Shown here piece after piece: positions 24,567 to 38,360 of a stretch of DNA of 64,000 nucleotides. Under the pieces are notes generated by a model. The model was not told the origin of the DNA and made no database searches. It saw only the letters and a program-made list of their open reading frames with translations. The first letter of the stretch is position 1. Every line of letters begins with the position of its first letter. Position numbers and translations under genes: made by a program. The stretch is from NCBI GenBank assembly GCA_030704615.1, contig CM060732.1, positions 12,276,001-12,340,000 on the forward strand. The letters are read 5' to 3'. This DNA is from Takakia lepidozioides (Eukaryota; Plantae; Bryophyta).

Positions 24567-27500
24567 TCAATGATTTCTGGAATCCCTAAGGAGGAGTTTG
24601 TGCAGCTCGTTCACGCTCAACGCCGGTGCATGAATAAAGTCATCAATAGTCACGTTCATCCTCAACCTCTTCAGGTAAATGTAATACAGATGCTTGCACG
24701 GATAATACTTCGAACCCTTCTTTGCTTCCATCAACGAGAAGTCCGTACAGTTGCAAGTCGGCTCCACTCCAATCGTAATTGTGTATACATCGTCGCGTAC
24801 AGCCGAGCCGGCCGTTGCCATCCGATACACACGCCCAAGGCCGGGTGGGGGTACGTCCACGGAGCTCTGAATAGTGCAAGCCATCCCAAGAGCATTGGCA
24901 ATCCGAGTCTCATTCAACTTGTTGGGAGGGTGTCGTCTCTTCACTCTTCCGAATCGCATTGTGGGATGTGCAGAATTGTCCAATCCGTCTCTACTGGACC
25001 GAGCAGTATGCAATGGCTGGGTCTGAGGAACCGGAAATGCGTGGGCCGGATGTCTGTGCGTTGCACCATTCGAAATCCTGCTGCAGATAGAGCATCCGCC
25101 TCATTCTGAGAGAGGCTGCAACCCGGTGCAACAGGCCAGACGCCCGGAGGCTCCGGCATTCCCTGAATCCCGTACTTGGGCTTGCCAAATACACAGGTCA
25201 TTATGTCGTGCCTACAGAACCAAAATGTCTGCGTTGTGGCGTGAGCAAATGTGGGAGTCAAAAATCTGCCGCTGAAACAAGGTGCAGGTACAGCACCGTG
25301 TGGGTTCCTCCGAATCATCTCACCACAGCGTGCTCTCGTATCCACCCGGATGGCGCAACACTTCCCTCGAAATGCCGGCAATGTCCTCGCAATTCTCCAC
25401 TGTGACTCCGACACTCTTGTCTCCACAATGGGAATGTTGTATTGCTTTACTACAGATGGCTCGTTATGTTGCCGGGGCACGCGCCCTGTGCTCAAAGGAG
25501 ATGGCGATCTTGAACGTGCAGGACTTCCGGTGCTCGACGAGACCTCCTCGGACAACATCACCGGACCACGAGGGAGCGTGCGAATATTCTTGTCAGCTCG
25601 CCATGAATCCTCTTCTCCGCCAGGTGCCTCGTCAAGTCTTCGTCTCACTGGACGGGTATGAACATCTCCTTCCAAATGTTGGCCTCTTCGCAGCAATGGC
25701 GTGTCCCGAAGGCCCTCTCGCAAGGCCGCCGCCCACTTCCGAGGATTCTTCGATCTGGAGGCAGTCCGCATCAGCATTTCCTGCCTGTCCGGCCCCAAGC
25801 CCCACTGTTTCCCTTTCAAGAACTCGTTGTACCTGCATTGCTGCATAATTGACCTCACAATGTCCTCCGTTGTGGCAGTGAGGATGTCCACCAGATGCGC
25901 CGCAGAGGAGGCACGCCAGGAAGAGTGCACTGATTCGGCCATGTTTGTCGTGGGCATGTCGGTGTCGGAGTCGAGACACATTTCCTGCACAAGCACATGT
26001 TGAGGTTACAAGCAAGTTACAAATATGGCCAAGAATAATATCCAACGGGACGCGAATTCGTGCAACTCACCTCCCGCATATAGTCGCCGAACTGGAGGAA
26101 ACGATAATGCCACCATGCTAGCCAACTGACCATTGCTCCTTCGTCTGATTTCCTTACAGCACCTGACGATGTCCACCAAGCCCGTATGCATGCAAACTGT
26201 GTCTCTGCATCATCCAAGGTGGGAGCGCGCTTCCACGCAAGGCACATGGAACGGTGCTCCTCTCTGAAATCTGGCGCCACGAGCCTGGTTGTGTACTGCG
26301 AAAGGCTCTGCAGAAAGTGGAACCCACAAGATCTCTCCTTGCCTTCCATGGGAACATTGGGGTCTTGCCCGTACACCCTTCGGATGGCAGCCCAATTTGC
26401 TTGTGCGTTGTCCGCCATGAAACCACGGAAATTGGGAGGGGGCAATCCCGCCTTGGCCATCTGTTCGTTTATTCCCTGCCAAAGAAGCATCTCCGATTGT
26501 GTGTCCTCTCCTTTCATCTCACAAATAGCAATTGTCATTAGCATCCTGCAGTGGGTGTCGTAGACATGTGCACCCATTGTCACCCACTGGTGATTTGTAA
26601 TTCGCTTGATATGGTCGAACATGACCCAACTGTTTGACAAGTTCCCACTCGTCATCCTGTCGACCAGTTCGACGCCACTGCCAGGTCCACACGTGGACAT
26701 TTTGAATACGAAACAACGATCTGCCTCAGTCCCTTGTCCTGGAAACCTACTTCCATGAATGTAGTCATATCCACATCGTCGCTTCACCTCCAGAATGGAG
26801 TGCATATCCGAGCCACGCCCAATTTTCTGTTTGCATGAGACAATGTGGTTTCGGACATTCGGTGAACATACGTGGGACACCGACTCCAGCAATGCCTCCA
26901 TTTCCTTCTCGTCGAGAGGAACTCTATCGGAGCCGTCTTCCGACATAATTCTGGCCAATGCCATCTTATGGGCGGCTTGGAGCTGTATCTGTTTGGGTTT
27001 GGCACCCGGTCTCAACTTAACCTCCTCCTGAACGAGCTGCTCTGCTTCGTGGGCAGCCTCCCGCGAGTTCCCCTCGCCAATTTGTGACAATGGGAACCAA
27101 CGTGTATGCAAGCTCGGGTGAGGTCAGGGAAACGGTGCAACACATAGAACTGCTTGGCATTACAAACAGACATGCAGTGTGGTGGTTCTTTGCAATGCGC
27201 ACACTTAAATGTGGAGTTCGGAACCTTCTCCTGAGCTCGAAATGGTTGGTGAGCTGTGCCTGTCCAATCGGTCTCGTTCCTGTGACCTCTGGATTTAAAG
27301 TGGAAGCAAGTTGGGGAGAAACACCGCAACGCGCCCGCACAAACAACGTAGCGCACCCGCACACCATCAAGCATCTTCATGCTGGTGGTTTTGGTAACGC
27401 ACCAAGGATGACCGTCATGTTTTCTATCCATATCTGTCAACATTCCGGACGCCCTCGAGTAGTCCGCCCGAGGAGGGAACTCAAAGAAGACATTACCGTC

Positions 27501-28157
27501 GACGTCGGCGGGAAGGCATGTAACCGATTTAATTGCGAACTTGCTGTAGTCCAGCCCGGCCAGCTCCGACCGGTGTCCCTCCAGGTGAAGCCCTCGCAGA
27601 ATTTCTAGAATAGATCGAACTGCGGTGCTCGTGCTGGGAATATGACTCCCTCCTCCACTGACGTCCATTGAGGACTTGCCTGATCTCCAGGACGACCTCG
27701 GAACTTCCATGACCTCGTCTGAGTCGGACAGGTTGTGAACAACCCGGTTCTCGGTCGTCTTCATGGATGGGTTCGGCTCTGGATTTACTTCGTTGCGGAC
27801 TTCTCTCTTTGAGGTACCCACTCTCTGATTCGCGGATTGTTTCGTGGAAGGCGCCAGGATAGACGGTGCATTTGGCGGGCAAATGAAGTCCCCAACAGCC
27901 CTGTATATGACGCTGTCCGATGGTGGAACTCGCCATTCCCTGCCATCGCCGAAATCATCGTGGAGCACAACAATACTCTCGACAACAAGGCCGTTTGAGT
28001 CCTTCCTTTCCTCCTCCAAAAAAACCGACCCCGGTTTCAGGTGGTATCGAACGCACAGATATTTCTCCATCACCCGGCAGGTGTCCCCTCTGCACGGAAA
28101 TGAAGCTCTATGCTCGTGAGGAGGGCAGTACACTGTAGCGCTCGGGTTTTCCGCCAT
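24567..28157 (-). CDS. MULE-type transposase of element C; intron ~25985-26070; frameshifts
   Basis: HDGHPWCVTKTT..CAGALRC, WVMFDHIK, FMADNAQAN, CGFHF, TNMAESVH, CNCTDF..PCKH. Same intron position as D and E. Confidence 0.85.
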
Positions 28158-28459
28158 GGGAGATGTGCACACAAGACTGCCAGGATGGCGTGCGGGGAAG
28201 CTCCCTGGTAGAAGGGGGTGCAGCGATGGGAATGAATGCGATGCCGATTTGTCCGAGCGACGAAGCCTGATCCAAATCCAGGGAGCCAACTATCTCAAAA
28301 ATCCACAGTCAGAGTGTTAATGAACCTTGTCTCCGGAATGCGGCCCCTCGTCTTTGCGCAATAACTGCCAACGGTATGCAGTCAGAAAGTGGGGGGCCGT
28401 CCGGATGATGACGGCTGAAGGGGATAAGCCGGCACCGTGCCGTCACATTACTACCCCCG

Positions 28460-30730
28460 AATGGAAATTCGGCACCCAACATCCAACAGAGGAAGCCCGG
28501 ATGAAGTCGCCTCGGGCGCAGAGGCCGGAGTGTGTGCGACAGAGAACATCCCCTGGATGGAGATTCGGCGCCGAATTTCCATCCGGTCCCCCCAAAGGGA
28601 GTCGTGTCGGGGGGTCAGGCCGAAAACTGGACGGCATAAAAACATCCCCAGATGGAAAAACGGCGCCGAATTTCCATCCGGGGCGATTCGGATGCAGTCG
28701 GGGAGGGGGGAGTGGCCTGCAGTTGGCTGTCACATTTCAACCCCCGGACGGAAATTCGGCAACGAATATCGAACAGGGGACGCCCGGATGAAGTCGCCTG
28801 GGGCACAGAGGCCGGCCAGTGTGCGACAGAGAACATCCCCTGGACGGCCATTCGGCGCCGAATTTCCATCCGGGCCCCCCCAAAGGAAGTGTTGTCGGGG
28901 GGTCAGAGCGAAAACTGGCCGACATAAAAACCTCCACAGATGGGAAAACGGCGCCGAATTTCAATTCGGGGCCGTTCCAATGCAGTCGGGGAGGGGGGAG
29001 AGGTCGGAACCTGGCAGTCATATTTCAACCCCCGGGACGGAAATTCGGCACCGAATATCCAACAGAGCGGCGGAGAGGCGGCACCTCTCCGACAGAGACC
29101 ATCCCCCGGATGGAGATTCGGCGCCGAATTTCCATCCAGCAGGTAAGTGGAATCTCGGATGGATGGAGATTCGGCGCCGAATTTCCATCCTGCAGGTAAT
29201 TCGAATCCCGGACGAATGGAAATTCGGCGCCGAATTTCCATCCAGCAGGTAAGTGGAATCTCGATGGATGGAGATTCGGCGCCGAATTTCCATCCTGCAG
29301 GTAATTCGAATCCCGGACGAATGGAAATTCGGCGCCGAATTTCCATCCAGCAGGTAAGTGGAATCTCGGATGGATGGAGATTCGGCGCCGAATTTCCATC
29401 CTGCAGGTAATTCGAATCCCGGATGAATGGAAATTCGGCGCCGAATTTCCATCCAGCAGGTAAGTGGAACTCGGATGGATGGAGATTCGGCGCCGAATTT
29501 CCATCCTGCAGGTAATTCGAATCCCTGCTGGATGGAAATTCGGCGCCGGATTTCCATCATGCAGGTAATTCGAATCACGGATGAATGGAATTCGGCGCCG
29601 AATTTCCATCCAGCAGGTAAGTCGAATCCCGAATAAATGGAAATCCGGCGCCGAATTTCCATCCAGCAGGTAAGTCGGATCAGTGCCGTATGGATATTCG
29701 GCGCCGAATTTCCACTCGCCATTATTTCTGAGCGAGGAATTACCTTCGTGCAGGTATTCGCATATAAGAATTACCTTCGTGCAGGTAATTCAGATGACAA
29801 TTACCTTCCTGCAGGTAATTCCAATCGATGTTTATTCCTCGTCCAGAATTACCTGCACAAAGGTAATTTTCATCTGGGAATTACCTGCACGAAGTAATTC
29901 TTGTATGCGAATTACCTGCACGAAGGTAATTTTATATGGGATTACCTGCACGAGGGTATTCCTTCGCTCGAGAAATAAATGGCGAATGGAAATTCGGCGC
30001 CGAATATCCATATGGCACCGATCCGACTTACCTGCAGGATGGAAATTCGGCGCCGAAATTCATTCATCCAGGATCGAATTACCTGCAGGATGGAAATTCG
30101 GCGCCGAATTTCCATTGGCACCGATCCGATTACCTGCTGGATGGAAATTCGGCGCCGAGATTTCCATTCATCGCGATTCGAATTACCTGCAGGATGGAAA
30201 TTCGGCGCCGAATTACCTGCTTGAGGGAAATTTGGCGCACCGCCCTACCTGCGCGGATGGAAATTCGGCGCCGGATTTCCATCCGCGCGCTTCCGAATTA
30301 CCTGCCGAAGGAAATTTGGCCGCCCGCCCTCCTGCGCGGATGGAAATTCGGCGCCGGATTTCCATCCGCGCGCATCCGAATTACCTGCTTGAAGGAAATT
30401 TGGCGCACCGCCCTACCTGCGCGGATGGAAATTCGGCGCCGGATTTCCATCCGCGCGCATCCGAATTACCTGCTTGAAGGGAAATTGGCGCACCGCCCTA
30501 CCTGCGCGGATGGAAATTCGGCGCCGGATTTCCATCCGCGCGCATCCGAATTACCTGCTTGAAGGAAATTGGCGCACCGCCCCTACCTGCGCGGATGGAA
30601 ATTCGGCGCCGGATTTCCATCCGCGCGCATCCGAATTACCTGCTTGAAGGAAATTTGGCGAACCGCCCTACCTGCGCGGATGGAAATTCGGCGCCGGATT
30701 TCCATCCGCGCGCTTCCGAATTACCTGCGT
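28460..30730. repeat. Minisatellite of the palindrome GATGGAAATTCGGCGCCGAATTTCCATC between the divergent genes of C; unit orientation inverts around 29730-29960
   Basis: Dozens of ~60-bp units. Left half has GCAGGTAA linkers, right half TTACCTGC linkers. Confidence 0.95.
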
Positions 30731-31053
30731 GAGGGAAATTCCGGGACTGTTTTCGTCGATTTTCTTCCGACATGGAGGGCTTCATCCGACATTTAATTGC
30801 GCAGTTGGGCAATAAATGTCGACGGCCGTCGGTTATTATTCGGGCTGGCGACGCATGGCTTCCTGGACACGTACCCTAAATCTCATGCTATACTTGGCTT
30901 AACATGGTATTCCAGGCATGTACCCCAAAAAGGAGATCTTTTTGGCTGGGACTTATGCCGCCTGAAGGGCGTGGCTCTCCTGAGAGAGACCTCAGATCCA
31001 GACCGCGGCGGAAGTTGAAAGCTCTGTACTACGGACGACGGCCAATCTCTCGC

Positions 31054-34000
31054 ATGGCCAAACTGAAGCTCCAGCAGGAGATTCCAGTGTCTTGCTCACA
31101 ACCTGCGCCAACTGAAGCCGAGTACTCTCAGGCAAGCCACTTCTGCTTTCGGTTTGTTCGATTTCTTTTTTGCTTTCGCTTCGTTACCTCGCTTTGTTTC
31201 TGCATCTTCATCCTGGCTTTGCTTTATGAGTGAACTTTAGATAGTTGACTGAACCTTAGATTGTTTGCAATGCGTGTGCAAATCCGGCAGCTCTGGAGAA
31301 GGCTGCTTGTGCATGTCATTCTTAGGCAATGGTTGCATTTGTTTTCATTGTTGTTGCATGGCTCTCCATACTTCCTAAACTTGTTATGTTTTCATTTTTG
31401 CTACATGATTGCTGCTATGGTGGTTGCGCTGCTGCTTTTTGCACCACTGTTGGTGTTCACGATTTTTGTCAATCACAGAGTGACGACGAGCCCGGCACGC
31501 TGGTGGTATCATCGACAGCTCCAACTCATCGCATGTTTGAATCGCCCAACTTGGGGCGAGAGGGCAAACTTAAATCTTTTGTTGGTGGACGGGAGGACTT
31601 GCAACGAGATTACGATAGAGTAGGCATTGGGGAGGTTGGTGCAGGCGGCATGGCAGGTGAAGGGCGTGAGGACATGAGGACAGCAGATCCGGCAATGGAG
31701 GTTGTTCATGCACATGCAGTAGGGCCCGCCACGCAAAGAAAAAGAAGAAAGCTAAGCACATGCAATCCCCGGCGAGAGAGCAGTCACGGGCTGCGGAGGG
31801 GGGAGTGAGCAGTGCGCGCGAGGGTGTCAGTTCGCCTCAATCAAAAGTGGTCGTCCTGGAGGGCTCCCCTGTTGCTAGCCCTAGTAAGAAACAGAAAGCC
31901 CGTGAGAGGGCAAAAGAGAGGGCAAAAGAACAGACGAGACAGAATGCTAGCCAGGAGGAAAGACAAAAGGCAGCTGAAGAGGCCAGGGGTGCCCAAATGA
32001 CAGATGCCAATGTAAGCGAGGGACACACAGAGACGGTGGATCCCTCAAGACACCACAGAGAGGCAGTAGCACACCGGTTAGACCATCGCGGGCAAGTGCA
32101 GCCCCCGCAATTACCCATACGGTGGAGAGTGGAGGAGAGGAAAGAACACCTGAAAGAGCACGATTGTGCAAGTTCGAGGTGAAGCCAGGGAGAGGGCAGT
32201 AGAGACGACGAGAGTGCTGGAGGTGGTTTCGCAGGTGGCTGACCCTGTTGAGGAGGACGACATGGATGTTTCTGACCAGGATGACATTCTCCCGGACATC
32301 CCCAGGCCCCAAACCCGGAGCATACAGGCTGGATTGGCGGTCTTGGTGGGCTGCCGGAAAACCCCTCTGCAGCAGACGTCATGTCTGAGGCGGATATGAA
32401 GTTGGCCGCTGCCAAGATGTTGGAGGCAAACCACAGCAACATTGGCAGGGTGCTGGGGGCATGGTGTACCCGGCCAGCTTCGAATTCCCCTTTGCCGCTT
32501 GGTGTCATTGCAGGTGGTGAGACCTGCCCTCCCAGGCGATATCGACAAGCTGAAATTCTCTTTCCGGGATGGATATCGAATGGGGTCTGTCTGCCGCCTT
32601 TTACGTTTCCATTGAGAACGACCACGGAGCTTCCCGTGCCACACTTCCGATGAGGTGGACAAATGGGGTCCCATTGGCAAACGCGAAATGAGGAGTTCGA
32701 GAGATCGATTGCTAGTGATCCTCTTTTCCAGCACATGTCCGGTAAGATGTTCTACGTGTGGGACGGCAATCATCGCTCCTGGCATGGATGGAGCACATTG
32801 CCCAAGCACACCAACGATCTCGATTGGCATTTCGCCGTCGATTGTGTTGTGCTGAAGGTTGCGGGGCCCAAAGATCGCAGTCTTCTCAAAGCTGCAATGG
32901 CCGACATCAAACTCGTAAGCTACAACCCCTCTCGCTTTTGGACTTTGAATTTGGAAGTCATTTCATTGCGAATCCTCATATATGATGAAAATTCCCATTT
33001 CAGTATTGTTTGATGGAAATGTGCACCTGCAGGGTGACTGAGAATGCCTTCATTGCCACCAACTTGTCCCATATGCTCTTCCGAGTGAAGGATGTCGGAA
33101 GCAGGGGGTGGCAAGAGTTTGCCAATTCCCTCAGTGCCGACCCTGCGCAAGTCGGAGGCAAAGGCAGACAGAACCTGGTATAGGCTGAGCGTCGACGCCA
33201 TGGTGGACTACATATTTCGGGTAAAGCTCCTGCAGTTTTGTTGAGCTAATTTGTCTCTCCTCCCCCAAATAGAAGAAATTGTGTTGAGCAGGATCTCTAA
33301 TCTTATGTGCTGCTTTCGACAGACGAAAATACAGCAGGATTTGGCACATGCGCGGAGGTTCTACATGGAGTCAGAGAGAAGAATCCAACCCTCCCCGGAA
33401 CTCGAATCGTATGTCAAAGCTGCGGAGGTGAGGGCCCGCATAAAGTACAAGTCGCGGATGGTAAAGTTACGTGGCCATAGCTGATCCCGCCCTTGGTGCC
33501 GACTTTCTGGTGGAGGGTGGGAAAGCACTACTCTCGCGCTCTGAAGCCCACGATGACATTGGAGAAGCTCCATCGTCTAGCCACATCCTGTGTGGATGCA
33601 ACAGAAAAGGTGATACATTCTTAACCAAATTGTGGTGGCAACAACTCCTTTTTGTGGTGTTGGCGCTTACGAATATGCTGGGTGGTTTGACAGACCCGGT
33701 GGCTCCAAATCTGGAATGGTTCCCAAAGTACCTAGGGACATGTGGAGCTTCCCCAAACCGGACAACTCTCTGACCCCACATTCGAACATGTGGATGAACC
33801 GCAATGACATGGTGGTTTCAGGTACTTCCCCACGCTTCGTTTGGGGCTTGTACTCTAGTAGGGGGTTGGATTCATTGTATTTTTTGAGGAAAGCGATCTG
33901 ATGGACAATCTCCACAGGTGACGACGAATGCGCAAGAGCAGCTGGACACACAAGCACATCAGTTCAAGATGGAGATATCTCCTGCAGCAGAGAGCCTACG

Positions 34001-36777
34001 TGACTATGTGACGAGGTACTTTCTGCTCTACAAAACCAACCTATTCTTTCGGGAGATAGCAGATGCTCGCCGGAGCCACGAGTTCACCGACCAGCCGAAC
34101 GCGGACAAAGCAGCAATGCGCCTTCTGTACAGGTTACATACGCGCTGCCTTTCTTTCAAGTCCTGGCATTTCAGGATGTTTAGAGGCCTAAGTGGTGTTA
34201 GGGAAAATGGCGCCGAATTTCCAGTCAGGGCTCCGAAAATGGCAAAGTCCCTAGACTGGCTGGCCCGGAACTGGAAATTCGGCGCCATTTTCCAGTTCCA
34301 GGCCCTATTGCCGTTCAGGGACTTAGCCATTTTCGGGCTAAGTCTAGTGTGGCTGGCCGGAACTGGAAATCGGCGCCGTTTCCAGTTCTAGGCCCTATGC
34401 CGTCAGGGACTTAGCCATTTTCGGGCTAAGTCCCTAGACTTGGCTGGCCCTGAACTGGAAATTCGGCGCCATTTTCCAGTTCTAGGCCCTATTGCCGTCC
34501 AGGGACTTAGCCATTTTCGTCTAAGTCCCTAGGGTGGCTGGCCCGGAACTGGAAATTTGCGCCGTTTTCCAGTTCTAGGCCCTATTGCCGCCAGGGACTT
34601 AGCCATTTCGGGCTAAGTCCCTAGACTGGCTGGCCCTGAAGTGGAAATTCGGCGCCATATTCCAGTTCCAGGCCCTATTGCCGTCCAGGGACTTAGCCAT
34701 TTCGGTCTAAGTCCCTAGGGTGGCTGGCCCGGAACTGGAAATTCGGCGCCGTTTTCCAGTTCTAGGCCCTATTGCCGTCCAGGGACTTAGCCATTTTTGG
34801 TCTAAGTCCCTAGGTGGCTGGCCCGGAAGTGGAAATTCGGCGCCGTTTTCCAGTTCCAGGCCCTATTGCCGTCCAGGGACTTAGCCATTTTCGGGCTAAG
34901 TCCCTAGACTGGGTGGCCCTGAAGTGAAATTCGGCGCCATATTCCAGTTGTAGGCCCTATTGCCGTTCAGGGACTTAGCCATTTTCGGACCAATTGGTTT
35001 TTTCATGAATGCAGGTACTGTGTAAGTTCTCGCTTTTGGAGAAAGGTCATCTGTCTTTCGAGCCACCATTCTTCCTGGCATGGAGGAACCCTGGGGCTGA
35101 CTCCATGTACACTGACGATATTGTGAAGGAGTGGCATCTGGAACATTTGCGTGATTGCCCTGGTATGTGGACCTTCCGCCCGGCTCGCTCGACCCATCCG
35201 AGTTTCAATTGAAGCTGATGCTGAATTCCGACGAAACCGGGCTCCGCTGCCTCCGTTGGGTGCAAAAGAGGCAAAAGCGCTTGCGAACTCCAGGAAAGCG
35301 GCAGAGCTTGCTCAGGCAGGAATTCAGGAGAAATTGCATGAGAAGAGTAAAGGTCAAAGGAAAAGGACAAGGAAACAGGTGACTGCAGTAACACCAAAAA
35401 GAAGAAAACCATCGGGGCATCGGAGGAGGCGCAGGAGGGGACCCAAGAGAGTGACTCCGACGCCGATTTTGTTCAAGGTCCTGCGACTGCTGTTGCTCCT
35501 ACCAGTCACCGGTCGTCCGGGTTCCCAAGTCAGTTCGGAGTGGGACTGGCTCTGCCAAGAAGTTGGCATTTGAGGGCGAGCCTACACGGCGGTATTCGGC
35601 GGTGACGTTTACGCACAGGCCAAAGCTAGAACCTCCAACCATCATCCAATGCGTCAATGAGAGCTTCCTTGACGCTCTCGCTGCCAGGGCGAAGAAGGTG
35701 GCACACAACAAGTCTCTGGCGGAGCAGAAGGGAAAGCCAAGAAGAGGGCTGCCGGTACAGAGCCTAAAGACACCCCTGGTTTTGAAGCCATGATGGAATT
35801 CTTCACGGCTGTGAGCACGAATTGCAAGAGCACTCGGGGGGGGTTGAGGTGGAGAGAGCTTGCGACATGATTCTCCTCGACATTCCAGATGGGGAGCTGC
35901 TGGAGGGCCTGGATGGTGTGCCCACCTGGAACAGGTTTACTGAGGACTACTGGAAAGCCGGGTTTGGCTGGCGGGATGCTTCTGGATGACGGTGGATGTG
36001 TGGTTGTCCTTGCCACGAGAGGGAAGACCACAGAGAATGCGGTGGCAAGGTGGACACCGAAAAGTGTCACCCCGGTCCTCCTCAGAAAATGGTTCTGCAT
36101 CAGTACGCAGGGGTTGCGAACAGAGGGCCAAAGTGTAAGTTATCAATCTATTGCATTCACTTCATATTGTGGTGTATGTTAAGTAGACCCTGGAATTGAT
36201 CCCTTCTTTGTTGGATGTGCAGACATTGGTGTTTGAGGCATATTGCTTTTGTGAAGAGAGGGTCTACGTTCAAATTCCGCAACGACGGTCGTCTTGTTGA
36301 TGCCGGCTGTGGGACCCTGTAACCTACGATGTCCTCTACAACTATGTGCCCCACTCTAGTATGCCGAAGGGACACAAAGACAGGCAAACCGTGGCGGTAC
36401 AGCCGCCGGACCCGAAGCCCTGCTTTCATCCAAAACCCTCATGGAGACGTGCTCGGATGTCCAAGGGCGGATTCTGGACCTCACATGCGGCACGGGTAAG
36501 CCTTCACGTGCTCAGTTTGTCCCCTGGCCCATTGCAATTGCATGCCGCAAGCTATTAACGCCCGCTTTGTTTCTCAGGTGCTTCAATGTGGGCAGGGACG
36601 TTGTCCGACAGGCATGTGTTCGCCTTCGAGCCAGATACTGCCCTCCACAACTCGGAACTTGCAGCGGCTGAACGTCTGCCGAAAGAGGAAGAGGCATCCT
36701 CGGAGGATGAGGAAAAATCCGAGAAGAGCAGGGGGAGGAAGTTGGGATCGAGGCCGAGGAGCCCCCTTTACGAGTGA
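31054..36777 (+). CDS. Spliced ParB/Srx-like plus beta-class MTase-like gene of element C (many frameshifts; start codon approximate)
   Basis: MFYVWDGNHR (~32747-32776); RLLYR|intron 34133-35014; HLRDCPWYVDLP; ACDMILLDIPDG (~35858-35893); SPAFIQTLMETCS..RILDLTCGTG|...RHVFAFEPD. Confidence 0.7.
34200..34990. repeat. ~94-bp tandem array with a GGAAATTCGGCGCC core inside the intron of C's MTase gene
   Basis: Unit ...GGAACTGGAAATTCGGCGCCATTTTCCAGTTCCAGGCCCTATTGCCG..AGGGACTTAGCC..., about 8 copies. Confidence 0.92.
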
Positions 36778-37590
36778 GTGGTGGCATTGTAAGTTGCCTC
36801 CAGATTTTTGTGAGGCACCTCCCTCCGCTCTCTTATTTCATGAAAACCCTTTCTGGTTGTGCTGGTATTGACATTCTTTCAAGTGGATTTGTTCTTACTG
36901 TAGGATGCCAAGTACTTGCCGGATGGGACGTCTATCACCGGAGTTTCATGGGCAGGAGGAAACGTGCCTTTTTTGCCAGGGGAGATTTCATGCCTAGTCC
37001 AGAAAGGGAGTACATCCTGCCTACTTATGCTGCCCGGCTTGCTTCGGTGTCCATTAGGAGGTGTTCCGAACGTAGTCGTGTACAGCAGATTTTAGACGAG
37101 GCAAGCCTCAAGAAAATGAAGATGAGGAGGAGGCAGCAGCTATTAGAGCCCGTCGGGCTCATAGATTTGTGTTGGATTCTGCTGAGGAAGTGGGGGAGAA
37201 GACGCAGAAGATTCCCAGGAGGTGAGGTGGACAGTCCCCCAAGGAGAGGACGGGATTTTTGAGAAGCATAGTGGACACTGAATGCATCACAGAGCTCGGA
37301 GGATGAGGGGGATGAGGGGGATGAGGAAGAAGGTGGGGCAAGTTCCTCGGAGGGTGTAGGAGAGTAGTGCCCATTCCGGCTATGACAGTTAGAACACACT
37401 TGTATAGACGTGGCTTGCCACAAAATTTGCAATAAAATGTTGCATTTTAAGTCCACTGGTGCCACATTCCAACTTCACATGACCCTATTTCCGTGCCTCC
37501 TAACCCTATTTCCGTGGACTCAAATGGTCTGCTCATGCTTTTTTTTTTTTTCCGCTCATGCCATTCAGCGCTCATGAAATAGCAGCCCCC

Positions 37591-37990
37591 CTATCGAAGT
37601 ACGTTTGAACCCTTTGTCTACTCTCTTGTTTGATGGTATCCATCCTTAACCTGATTTCTGCCAAGTCAATGACACCAACTTGGCTGATATGGCTGCCCTG
37701 AAATCTTCCCAGTTGTCTGGCCTAGGGTTTTGTTTATGGTACCATTCATCAGCCTTGGCTCTCAGGTTGAGCCTTGCTACCTTGAAGGTTTTATCCTCAT
37801 TTAAATCCTTGACATCTGCCTCCATCTGAATCCTTTCCAGCCAGTCATTCACATCCTCACTATTCCTACCATGATAAGGCACGTCTATGCTAGTTTTGAC
37901 TGGTCATTCTTCTATACTCTAAGTCGAAGTCAAACTGTTTCAACACCTAATTCTGACTCTAATTTTCCTGTAACTCTCTTAATGTTGACC
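37591..37990 (-). pseudogene. N-terminal gag of element B
   Basis: ORF 37646..37882 (YHGRNSEDVNDWLERI...ARLNLRAKADEWY...WEDFRAAI); joins 23716 across the C insertion. Confidence 0.85.
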
Positions 37991-38348
37991 TCTATACCAC
38001 TCACTGTCCATTTCGCAACATCTCTACTCTAACCTCCCCATGTCACCTCTCGTGCCATGGTATTTATCTTCTCCCACCTTCCTAACTCTCTTATCCAAAG
38101 TGCTATGGTTGTTCTTCCACCACCAGCATGTATCACTCTAAGACATAAATCACCATGAGCTATTCTCCAAGCAGGGTTGAAGAAGTACAAACAAGGGTCT
38201 GCGTGGGCATTTGGTGTGCGTCTGCTGAAGCAAATCAGCACATCTCCAATGCTTGGTTCATCAGGAATCAGTGTGTGGTCTCTGCCTGCCATCAAACCAT
38301 CCAATACCAGTCAAGATCCCTAGCTAGTAGAAATCAAGATTTAACGAA

Positions 38349-38360
38349 GCTCTGATACCA
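38349..38360 (-). other. Primer-binding site (tRNA-iMet) of element B
   Basis: TGGTATCAGAGC on the minus strand, abutting the 5' LTR. Confidence 0.92.

Larger units (their letters stand above)
23717..37590. mobile_element. Element C: complete Mutator-like DNA transposon with transposase plus ParB/MTase gene
   Basis: 9-bp TSD CTATCGAAG (23708-23716 / 37591-37599). 21-bp TIR GAGGTTTGCTATTTCATGAGC vs GGGGGCTGCTATTTCATGAGC (18/21). Excision restores B gag VQTYFDRLNRLF. Confidence 0.93.

Noticed and set aside
29100-30730. CRISPR-like array (palindromic repeat with ~30-bp spacers)
   Set aside because: The spacers are themselves repeated, there are no cas genes, and the context is a eukaryotic TE; it is a minisatellite.
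28327-30796. Many ORFs with MEIRRRISI / GWKFGAEF / DGNSAPNF repeats
   Set aside because: They are translations of the palindromic array in all frames on both strands; there is no evidence of coding.
31054-36777. Programmed frameshifting in the MULE genes
   Set aside because: The 1-bp indels are scattered, differ between copies and also occur between near-identical LTRs and tandem copies; decay or sequencing error is more likely.
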